A stretch of DNA of 61,941 nt, the filler included, from Vannella sp. (taxonomy: Eukaryota): assembly GCA_023345925.1 (NCBI GenBank). It is 5 parts of 5 records of this genome, joined end to end, with 100 filler letters (N's around TTAATTAATTAA, not from the genome) between each part and the next. Parts side by side here need not be neighbours in the genome. Positions count along the whole stretch, not along the records: positions 1 to 23,704 come from JAJQQN010001453.1; 4 more parts are not named here. One strand, given 5' to 3'. Shown piece after piece: positions 1 through 11,779 of the stretch. Both the position numbers and the translations under genes were made by a program. How positions within the stretch are numbered: position 1 is the stretch's first letter; each line of letters starts with the position of its first letter. Below the pieces are notes generated by a model. The model was given only the letters and a program-made list of their open reading frames with translations, was not told the origin of the DNA and made no database searches.

Positions 1-1030
1 CCTCGAAGGGGGCCTTTTCGCTTTTGGAGACAACAGACAGGGCCAACTCGGTCTAGGTCACAAGAACAACGAACAGAACCCAGTGGAGGTCCCCTGGGAT
101 GGCCCGCAGCCGGTTCAGGTGGACTGGGGAGTCTTCGACTCCCTCGTTCTGGACGCGGAGGGCGGTGTGTGGGAAGCTGGCTACTTCCGCTCATCTCAAT
201 CTTCCTTCAACTTTAAGCGAATACTAGACCTTCCTCGTATCTCTTTTGTGGCTGTAGGCTACTCTTACAGCACTGCAATAGACACCGAAGGCGGCCTTTG
301 GGTGTGGACGATCGAGGAACATCTCTCTTGGGCAGGAACTCTTCCTCAACGAGTGGAAGGTCTCCCTCCAATCATCAAAGTGGCTTGCGGCTCCAGCTTT
401 CTCGTGGCAGAGGCCGAAGAAGGCCTCTGGGTGTTGGGCAACAACACCAAAGGGCAACTGGGCCTCGGCCACACCAACAGCGCTCCCCAGCCGACCCTTG
501 TTCAGGTGGAAGACCGTTCTGAAGGGCCACTTCGATGCCTGGCTGCTTTCTTCGAAGGAGTGATCCTCATCGACTCGCAAGGAGGCGTCTTCTCCTCTGG
601 AGACAACTCTCATGGCCAACTGGGGCGCTCTTCTGGTGATTTCCAGAAGCTTCAGCGAATCAGGAACATCCCTCTCATGCTTTCAGCCTCCTGTGGAAGC
701 TTTCACACTCTCTGTTTGGATGAGAATGGCGACGTCTGGGCCTGGGGATGCGGTAAAGAAGGGCAATTGGGGATGGGAAACACTTCTGATCGGCAGGTTG
801 AACCCGCTCTGGTCCCCTCGTTGCAAGGAACGAGCTCGCTGGTTGCGGGAATGCACCATTCATTGGCGTTCCCACAGGAAGGCGGCCTGCTGGTCTTTGG
901 AGCCAACTATTTTGGACAACTCGGACTCAACCACACAATCAATCAACTCACTCCCACGCTTTGTCCAGTCCAGCCCGCTCTCCCTCATTCATGCACTCGC
1001 AGCAGAAAGAAGAGTGCCCGCTTTCTTTGA
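1..1030 (+). CDS. RCC1/BLIP-II repeat protein, 5'-truncated by the window edge, intronless
   Basis: Repeated G-N-x-x-G-Q-L-G and CGxxHT/S motifs. The frame is open from the window start. Ends SRKKSARFL. Confidence 0.9.
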   Translation, partial: LEGGLFAFGDNRQGQLGLGHKNNEQNPVEVPWDGPQPVQVDWGVFDSLVLDAEGGVWEAGYFRSSQSSFNFKRILDLPRISFVAVGYSYSTAIDTEGGLWVWTIEEHLSWAGTLPQRVEGLPPIIKVACGSSFLVAEAEEGLWVLGNNTKGQLGLGHTNSAPQPTLVQVEDRSEGPLRCLAAFFEGVILIDSQGGVFSSGDNSHGQLGRSSGDFQKLQRIRNIPLMLSASCGSFHTLCLDENGDVWAWGCGKEGQLGMGNTSDRQVEPALVPSLQGTSSLVAGMHHSLAFPQEGGLLVFGANYFGQLGLNHTINQLTPTLCPVQPALPHSCTRSRKKSARFL

Positions 1031-1111
1031 CACACTCCCGCGCCAACCCACCCTATCGGGGCGCTTGGGCTATCGAATGATTGATTGATTGATTTAACAT
1101 TGCATTCTTCT

Positions 1112-1299
1112 CTTCGATGCTTGGCTGCCCTCTCCAATGAAGTGATCCTCATCGACTGCTGGTCTTCGGATCCAACCAATACGGAGAACTCGGACTCAAT
1201 CACAAGATCTCTTAAGCCATTCCTACGCTTTGTCCTGTCCAGCCCGCTCTCCCTCGTCCATCCACCCGCAGTGGAAACAAGAGTGCCCGCTTCCTTTGA
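1112..1299 (+). pseudogene. Internally deleted RCC1 gene remnant
   Basis: LRCLAALSNEVILID is joined directly to the segment LVFGSNQYGELGLNHKIS*AIPTLCPVQPALP...KSARFL*. Both parts match the upstream gene. In-frame TAA at 1213-1215. Confidence 0.85.
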
Positions 1300-1573
1300 C
1301 ACTTCCACATCTTCGGGGCTGGACATGACTGAAAGGAGCTCCCGAAGAAGTCCTTTTCTGAATTTGGCTGCTTCATTAGAAGGGAGCGCCCTCCCATGGA
1401 GCTTAAAACTCCTCAGAGAGGGACTGGTTGGTGATTTTTTGTTCAGAGAAATGCGTTGGGTTCCATCAACAACTTCAGGAAAGGATTCAAAAGCTTTGTC
1501 GTCATTGGATTCGATACAGAAACCCGCTGCTTCCCTTTCCAGCTTTGATAAAAAGTGATATCAGGAAAGAGTC

Positions 1574-4500
1574 TCACAATCGACGAAGTTTGAATGAAGG
1601 ACTTTCGTCCAGCCCTGATTCACTTGACTCCTCCAAGTCATATTCAAGAAGGTCCTCATAGTTGTCCAGGTTCTCCACAGTTTGTGAAAAGGACTCCTGG
1701 AGGGGAGAGCCATTCCCGTCTGAGGTCTCATCAAGGGGAAAGTCCCCGGACACAATGAAATCTTCCAAGTCAGAAAAATCGTCCCCGTTGGAACGTTCCT
1801 CCCTCAAGGCATCTCGTATGAACTCGTTTTGGCTTCTCAGCGGAACCTGACTCAGTTTTAGATTACAGTTAAAGTCTCAAAAGCAGCTTTCTTACCTTTC
1901 TGGGTCGGCCGGAGCGTGCCGGGCGGGTTGATTGGGTGTTGCGTGCCTCGTGCGGCTTGTCTGATAGAACGCTTTCTTTCGCCATTGATTGAAGAGGCTG
2001 AATGATCTCTTCGTCCAAATAACCTTTTTTTGTCACCAAATCAAAAAGCTGTCCCATAGCAAGAAGCAGCTTTCCTCGTTTGAAAAGGATCTCCGGAAGT
2101 TTCTTGGTTGGGAGGAACTTCTCTCCTTGGATGAACCAATCTTCAATCTTGGAGCTGAACAGGATCAGGGACCGAATCAAAGATGTCAAGTCCTGGCATA
2201 AGTATTCTTCAGACTGTTCCTCTGCTTTATCAGTGGATTGGCTGCTATCTTGAGAAAGAGCCTTTTGCAGAAAGGGCAAAAGAGGCTTCTTCATAATGGC
2301 AAAGAAAGTAAATGCCATTGTACTGTACAAGTTGTCTAGAAGCTGCATGAAGAATCGTGTTAAGTTGTTCTCGTCCAGAAACTCCAAGCGACTTTCCAGC
2401 ACAAAGTGGAAGATCAATAACAAGTCTCCCACAAGTTTTCTCACTGGGGGATCAATCAAGCTGTGCTCGTGCTGAGCATCTGGCTCAGACAGAGCCCTTT
2501 GAAGAGAGGTGCGATGTCCAATCAAAGAAGAGCGGTAAAATTCGAGGACGCTTTTGAGAGAGGATGAGCGGCATTGTTTGCTCTCCGAAACAAGCAATTG
2601 CTGATCATCCATATCAGCACCTTCTTCTTCATTCAAAACAGACATAAGAACTGCTCTCGCAACTGGAATGGCAGAAGTGACATTGTGAAATGTCAAAAGG
2701 AAGTCGAGAATGGATTGAATCAGCTTTGGCTGAGTGATAGAGAACTTTCGCAGGAGACTCAACCACTCTTCAGTAATATTCGAGACAATCTCTTCCATTT
2801 CAGGTGACGAATCTGTTTTCTCATGAGATGCACTGGCTCTTATCAGTGCTACAGAGCATTGGAGTACATTTGGAGTTATCCCACTTTCAAATTGATCCGC
2901 CAGCCATTTGACCTGGTGATAGACCCAAACCAAAGATGACAATCGACCAAAGTCTGGATGGAAGGATAAGGTCAGTGAGTTCTTCTGTTCCAAGGATAGA
3001 GAGGATGCTATTTGAGATAAGACTCGCATTAAAATGCATTGAAGAGACTCCAAGAGATCATCGACAGCTTCTTGTGAAGTGCAATGAAGAACGACTTTTT
3101 CAAATCCTCTTCGGGGGAGAATTTGAAGTACTTTCTTCAGTTCGACAAGCTGATATCGTTGGTTGGTTGGAATCGAGCGCCGCTCTTGTGTTTTTGTGAG
3201 AAGCTGATGCGAGATAAGGAATAATCGGCTCTTCTCTGGAGATGGGAGAGAAAGCACCGTTAAGAAATGGAAAGCCCAAGAAAGCAATAGCAACATGGAG
3301 AACAGTGAAATAGAGCTGGCTGATGGCTGCAGAAACTCATCAGCTGACCGCTCAAGAAGAAATAGGACCGTTCTAAACTCTAAGGGACTCTCCTCTGCCA
3401 AAGCAGCGTCTGTAAAATAGAGGTTCCAGTGGCCACTCCATTTGCAGTGAGGTTGGGAGTGATAGCGGATAAAAACGCAGATAGAGTACAAAGATAGCAT
3501 TTCTCGTACCTGGTTTAGAGACTGCTCCTCCCAATTGACTGCAGGGAGTAGAAGGTCACCCTCAGCCACATCCTTTCTAGTTGCTTCCTCTCTTCTGATT
3601 GCTTGATCCAACAGAACATGATAGAAGGAGAGAAGAATGTCAATGCAAGCCTGCGGGATAAGTAATTGAGGATCAATCTCAGTTTCTCCACTGAATTCAT
3701 CACTTTCGGATGGGAAGATTAGCGAATGAACCGTATCAGCATCTAATAGCTGTCTGCGTAACGCATAAATGAAGGGATCTGAAGCTCCTAACTGTTCAGT
3801 GAGGTGGACAACAGTTCGCAAAAGGTCGCCAAATGAATCTTGAGGCTCGATTCGATCGTGGCTTCCTTCTTGATCAGGAATCAAGCGGAAACAACGGGAA
3901 ATAGCGAGTCCGTCGGACCCGTCTTTGTGAGAACGATACTTGTTCAACTGCCCTTTCAGGACTGCCAATATCTCTCGCTTGGAGTCATTTTCTAAGACAG
4001 CTTCGGAACTTGAACCTTCAGATACCGTTTCTAAGACATTCTGATACAGGCTTTCCCTGTAAGTTAATGGCAGAGCAAAAGAAGACTTGAAGATAACTAA
4101 ATATTCACGGAATAGCTCATTTTGAGAGGCTGGAACAGAGGAAAAGAGTGTGAAGAATCCCCTGAAAGCCAGATCTCGTTCAATTCGATGATTTGCGTGG
4201 ATTTTCTTCCGGAAGCTCATCAGCATCCGACCTGATAGCTCTGGTTCTCCACGAGCGACAAGGAGACACACTTTTTGGACCCGAATTGCGGCGGGCCAAG
4301 AGAGACTGGCCAATTCACATGACCAGTCATGGAGTAATGAACCATAAACACTCAACATTCCAATGCAGTGAACATCTGAGAACGCTTCAATAATCTGAAG
4401 AGAGATAACTGCTTCCAAAGCAATCAAGTTCCCCTCAGGGCTTGAATTTGTAACTTGAATAAGCGAGCTAACCAGTTGGCTCGGTGCATGAGTGGAAATC

Positions 4501-5675
4501 TGCCGGAATAAGTCCCTCAGAACACCATCTCGACAAGCGCTCCACTTTAAATAACACTGAAAGAGTCCTCTTTGTCCAATCTTCCGAAGGAAATCGATTA
4601 ATCGGTCGTCTGGCCAATCTGTTCTTCCATTCAAGAATGGAAAGTCAGCAGGCACTGAGATTGAAGTGACATTCGTTGAATCTACTACCAGATGCATAAA
4701 ATAAATCACCACAGAACTACCTCGAGTCTCTATGCCCGGAAAATCGACAAGATTCTCGAGAAGTTCTTGAATGACTTGGCTACTCACAGTCATCGAATCG
4801 GTCTCTCCCAAGGAAATTAGTAGGTCTGAGAAAGACCTTGAGAGTTTTTGATATGAAGCCTCTCGAAAATGAGGGATTCCGGACAAGAGAATCAGTAAAA
4901 TAGCTTCCGATAGGACTTGCCGAGGACCTACTTCTCCCCTCGGTTTTGCAGTGAGTAGTAAGCCAGGCAAGCGCGAGGAGAATTGAAATGATAGTTCGAA
5001 GAGATAGAAAACAGCTGGCATGTCCATTGTCGAGAGAAGAGGCAGAAAATAATCGTTGGCGATGTGGATGAGCAGCAGACACTGCTCTGTTGTGAAGGAG
5101 GGTTGGTCTACAGCTAGCAGTATACATTTAATCAAGTCTGGAAGCCTCTCGGGTGGCGTCTCCTTTGCCACGTGCTGGAGTTTGATCTCAAGCTTGGTAA
5201 GGAACTCCTCGCTCTCCCCTGGTTGCATGGAGCCCAAGATGGACACGCAAAAAGAGAAGAGCGCCCTTCCAGCAAAGACAGACCAAGGCCTCTGGATGAC
5301 CTGCGAGAGGATCCATCCCGAAAACGAGGAATTGAGGGATCGGTCAGCACAATCGTGCAGAGTTACGAGGACATCAAGCAGCTCAATCGATCCAGCAGTA
5401 GGGCGCTCTTCTTGTTGAAGAAGTGGTGCGAGTATGGCCTCTGCCAAGTCCTCCAGCTCATCCAGGGAGCCAGAAAGAGCCCCCTCCATGGAAGGTTGCC
5501 GGGAGCTGAAGTACGGCTCTCGCGTCGGATTCCCGCGAAAGCAAAGCGCAACATCACTCCCTTCTCCATCCTGAGCTCGAAAGACCTCTCTCACTAGCTG
5601 GTGGACACCAGGAGCAACAAACGAGCTCCCAGAAGAAGCGATCTCCCCCAAAGCCACGCGGAGCCCCTCCAGCAC
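1574..5675 (-). CDS. Divergent FANCI-like helical solenoid protein; both ends uncertain; intron 1847-1895
   Basis: 1268-aa ORF. Segments MSFRKKIHANHRIERDLAFRGFFTLF, IFKSSFALPLTYRESLYQNV and TKKLPEILF resemble FANCI solenoid motifs. A GTAAG..CAG intron joins in frame to an acidic exon (RSQNEFIRDALREE..DFSDLEDFIV). Confidence 0.6.
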
Positions 5676-5992
5676 GTCAAAGAATACATTTATTCACAAA
5701 ATAAACATCTCTAACCTCTGGTAGACGGTTGCTCTCTTCTCCACCAAATTAGACCCGTTCAGGCTCATCCCCTCCCCGGTCGACATCCTAAATAGTGCGT
5801 TCCTCGCCCTAAAGGGTTCAACTTCCACAGCGCCTGTCGTAGACACGATTCGATCGGTGACTGGAGTCCATTGGCATCGCATGTGAGAGGCGTCCGGTCC
5901 AGATGTGTGGAGATGCGCGCAGATGCGCGCTGATGAAGAGCCAAGAGCGATGAGAGTGGGTGCAGAGGATGATTAAAATCTGCGAACCCAAG

Positions 5993-6480
5993 TCATGAAG
6001 GGTTGGGGGAGTACGGCGGGCTGTGAGGGGTTGTTGGGGTTACATCCGAAGGGTTTAGGAGATGCTCGATTTTTAGGCGTTTGGGGTGTCGAACGATGGG
6101 AACCAGTCGTTCACACTTCATCATCTGTTGATAATGAAGTCCACAGGCGTTGCAGAGGCTAAGGGGAGGTCAGAGTTTCTTGATCAGCTGATGCATTCCT
6201 TCAAGACTTACGATTTGGGTCCTGCAGGTCCTCTTCTCCATTGTGGTGAGTTAAGAACTCCACATACAAAGCACCGCCCCTCAATTCCATCGTTCGGGCT
6301 CTGATGAGAAGCAGGAACGGTACATGCATGTCAGTTCCTTTACATGCAACGTTCCAATTCCTTTCAGGAGGGTTCAAAGGCACTCACCTCTGCTTGAGTG
6401 ATCACAGAAGCTGAGTTGGGCCCTGTCTTGACAGAGATGAGAGGATCTTTCTCCGAAACTTGCGAGGCTTTCTCCTTCAT
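5993..6480 (-). CDS. Small GATA zinc-finger transcription factor (C-x2-C-x18-C-x2-C), 3 exons
   Basis: Splicing intron 6159-6211 gives [30 protein letters not shown], with a C-terminal LKIEHLLN. The first exon (6388-6480) is less certain. Not in the ORF track. Confidence 0.88.
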
Positions 6481-6790
6481 TGGGCTTCGACTGGTGAGCT
6501 TCTCCGTCTTTCCTCGGTGGAGGGATGACCTTACCTTTCCTCTACGAACACGTATCTCGTTGTCATTAACGAACCCAGGCCCTCCGAACAGAGAAAATGA
6601 AAAGCACGAGCAAATCAGCCGCAAAAATCAAGAACCTATCTGGGCAATTTTCTTAAAATGGAGTTTTGATATTCCTAAAATGGCAAGTTCAGCACCATCA
6701 CGTCGTTTTTTGAATCATTAATTGAATTAAAACACTTTTGGGTGATGATTCATATTGTTGGTTCGAAAAAAGGCTCTCTGAGCAAAGCAA

Positions 6791-7699
6791 ATGAAACAGA
6801 AAAGTCGTTTTTCCCGATCCATTTTCATGTCTGTTTGTGGTCATCCGGGGGCGTGCCCTTCAAATGTGGCCCGGAAGTTGGTTCGAGGACTTTGTATTGG
6901 GTTTGGGATCAAGGTTCCCCTAACCTTTGCTCTTGCGCTGTTGAAGAGCGCTCAACGTCGACGAGGAGACAGCAGGCGCTTGGTCAAAGCGGATCAACCA
7001 AACACCACCACATACCAGCGCTGGAAGGACGCCTTGATCAAGAAGCTACGTATGCGAGATTGGAAAGAAGCTCTCATTGCATCTTTGGATCAAGACACAG
7101 CTCGCTTTGCCCTCTTCTTTGCCGTTTGGTTGGGGTCCCACTCTGCCATCCTTTGCCTCCTCCGTCGCCTCAGAAGTAGGGAGGATCAGCAAGCTACTAA
7201 CCATGGTGTTGCTGGTTTCGTTAGTGCATTGAGCTTAGCTATCGACCCTCCAGGCACTCGAAGGATAGAGATAGCCTCTTACTTGTCCTCCCGCGCCGTC
7301 GTTTCGGCATGGCGGCTGGGTGTGGACACCAAATGGCTCCCTTCAGTGCCTTACGGAGAAGTCTGGGCCTTCTGTATCATTGCAGCCATCATCCAATACA
7401 CCTTCGTGTACGAGCCAGACCTGATGAGGCGGCCATTCTACCAATGGATTGATGACCTCTCCAAAGACCCTCAAGGGCGCCTTGACAAGTACCTTCTCAA
7501 CTTCCGTAGACAGTACCATGTCCGTGTGCCTAAAGGGCACGAGGTTGTGGAGCGAAGTGCGTGCAACACGAGCTTTTACTATCAAGGGGAGTTGCTCCCT
7601 GAGGACCCTTCCAACTCCATCCCTGATGGTCACAAACCATACATGGCTACCGGGGATTGCACTTACTTTGACATTCTCGAGCGCCAGGCCATTGTATAA
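6791..7699 (+). CDS. TMEM135/PMP52-like membrane protein
   Basis: Hydrophobic helices plus IASYLSSRAV and PYGEVWAFCIIAAIIQYTFVYEPDLM, typical of the TMEM135 N-terminal region. Confidence 0.7.
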   Translation: MKQKSRFSRSIFMSVCGHPGACPSNVARKLVRGLCIGFGIKVPLTFALALLKSAQRRRGDSRRLVKADQPNTTTYQRWKDALIKKLRMRDWKEALIASLDQDTARFALFFAVWLGSHSAILCLLRRLRSREDQQATNHGVAGFVSALSLAIDPPGTRRIEIASYLSSRAVVSAWRLGVDTKWLPSVPYGEVWAFCIIAAIIQYTFVYEPDLMRRPFYQWIDDLSKDPQGRLDKYLLNFRRQYHVRVPKGHEVVERSACNTSFYYQGELLPEDPSNSIPDGHKPYMATGDCTYFDILERQAIV

Positions 7700-7710
7700 A
7701 GCGCTTTCTC

Positions 7711-8923
7711 ATGGACGAGCGCCTCCTCGATGCTTTTGATCAGCTCGCCTGCTCAGCCAGGGGTGTGTACCTCATAAGTTGAAGCTTTTGCTGATGGTTG
7801 GGTAGAGCTCTACCTACCACAGGAGGTACAGCGGGTGGAGCGCATTAGCGCAGTCGAGTTCCTCCGGGAGTACGTTAACAAGAACGTTCCCGTCATTCTC
7901 ACAGATGTAGCGGTTCACTGGGAGGCCTACAAACAATGGGATCTCAACTATCTGCGCGAAACGCTCGGAGATACGAGAGTAACTGTCTCCCAGACCCCTA
8001 ATGGAAGAGCAGACGCTGTTCTTGACCTGCAAGCCACTCAATACCCGATAGTGGATGACCAAGAGAGAAGAGACCTTCCCAAGGAAGTATTCACCATGCC
8101 ACATGACCAAGAGATGCCTTTCAACGCCTTCACCGACCTTTTGATCGCATCGAAGACCGATCCGCGGTCAACAGTAAACTACGTCCAGGTAGGCTGACTT
8201 TAGGCCTCACAGTATGTTTCTGGTGACTGATAACTCCTTTGCAGTACCAGAACTCCAACTTTACGTCTCAGTTTCAGCCGCTCTTGAAGGACATCGATTG
8301 GAACTCGCTCTCATTTGCTGCTGAAGCGTTTGGATGTCAACCTGATGCAGTGAACTTTTGGATGGGGGATTCTCGTTCAGTATCGTCACTACACAAGGAC
8401 CACTACGAGAACATCTACGCTGTCATTCGCGGAACCAAACACTTTCTTCTCTTCCCTCCCACGGACAGACCCTTTCTCACTCACAAGCTCTATCACACAG
8501 CTTCCTTCTGTCCCTTAGATACAGAAACACCAGGAGAACCCCTTCTGACACGTCAGTTCGGCCTGAAAAGTCTCTCCAAAGAGCCAGCCGTCCCTTGGAT
8601 TGCAGTGGATCCAGTTCGTCCTGACCTGTCCCGATTCCCTCTCTTTGAGAAGGTAAGAGAATTAGGGTCCCTTGTGTTGCTCTGATAAGGAGTAGGCCAC
8701 TCCCATTAGGTGCCAAGTGCATGAAGGGGAAGTATTATATCTTCCTTCCCTCTTTTATCACCAAGTCTCGCAACAAGAGGACCATGAAGGCATCGTTGTG
8801 GCTGTCAATTGCTGGTTTGACATGCAGTTTGATGTGAAATTCAATTATCACACCTTTCTCTCTCAATTATCCCCAGACCAGTCTTCAACAACGTACTGGA
8901 GAGAGAGTTCACGGCCTCAGTAA
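7711..8923 (+). CDS. JMJD7: JmjC/cupin-like 2-oxoglutarate oxygenase JMJD7, 4 exons
   Basis: Spliced MDERLLDAFDQLACSARELYLP..., TPNGRADAV, YQNSNF, PDAVNFWMGD, LHKDHYENIY (HxD) and PSLFYHQV. Confidence 0.9.
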
Positions 8924-9161
8924 ACCACCCTTTGGAAGAGTGCTCAAATATAACGTCATTCAGTTGGCGCTGAGACCTCCCATCGGGGCCACAGTAGTCT
9001 TTGAAGAGTGAAACCTTACCATAAGCCACCTCCTGATTCGCTCTCAGACCTTCATCATCATGATACTCTTCATCAGCCATTCGAACACCTCCTTGCAAAG
9101 TGGTGAGCAGTCGTTCAACACATTGCTTCTTCAGTCTCGAACAAATGGAGGGGTTTAGTGC

Positions 9162-11087
<1,926 letters not shown>

Positions 11088-11109
11088 GGTCGTTGAAGAA
11101 AATGAGTGA

Positions 11110-11220
11110 GTACGACCAACCAATAATAGAAATAGCATATTGTATCATTATGACCGACCAACCAATAATAGAAACGTATCGTAGCATATTATATCATTAT
11201 GTACGACCAACCAAGAATAG
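11110..11220. repeat. Imperfect ~42-49 bp tandem repeat (about 2.5 copies) carrying CCAAT
   Basis: CGACCAACCAA(T/G)AATAG occurs three times, two of them followed by TAGCATATT.TATCATTATG. Confidence 0.8.
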
Positions 11221-11779
11221 CAACAGGGCAGTCTATCATCACCAAGCGAGGGGATGTCAGATGATAAATGGCAACAGAACCAACATCTTGATCAATGGAG
11301 AGGTTGGCACGTTTACCAAAACGGATGAGGGGCCAGGTGGAAGGCTGTGACAGACAGGAACCTCTGATTAAGTAACCAAATTCCCAGGGTCGTCCACATC
11401 CCAAATATAAAAAGTGTCACATTTATGATAGAATCGTTCTGAGCTAGTCTGGGGGTCATCTCCTCTGGAGAGAGTTCAGAGAGAAGTTACGAGCGGCGGG
11501 GGCATTTTTTTCCCCTTGTTTGGGTCCTCTAACAACCAAAAAGTGAAAAAATGAAAGCTTATCGAGAGGGGTAGAACTCGTGTTTGCGTAGCTTGCCCTG
11601 ATGACCTCCATCTCTTCAGGATAATGCTTTCATTTTTTCACTTTTTTTCGAAAATGGCCGGGTACTGGGACGTCTGATTTAATCGATTGATTTGTTCCGA
11701 TTGGGTAATTTTGGAGCCTTTGGGAAGAGCATTTGGGAAAAGGGGAAATGCGCATTTCCTCTTTTCTCTCTCTCAGAGG

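Noticed and set aside
1085..1558. 157-aa plus-strand ORF
   Set aside because: Runs through the RCC1 remnant, mostly out of frame, and then into sequence with no recognisable motif.
8841..9098. Small minus-strand ORF MADEEYHDD...
   Set aside because: Overlaps the JMJD7 3' end and has no recognisable motif. It could be real but cannot be supported.
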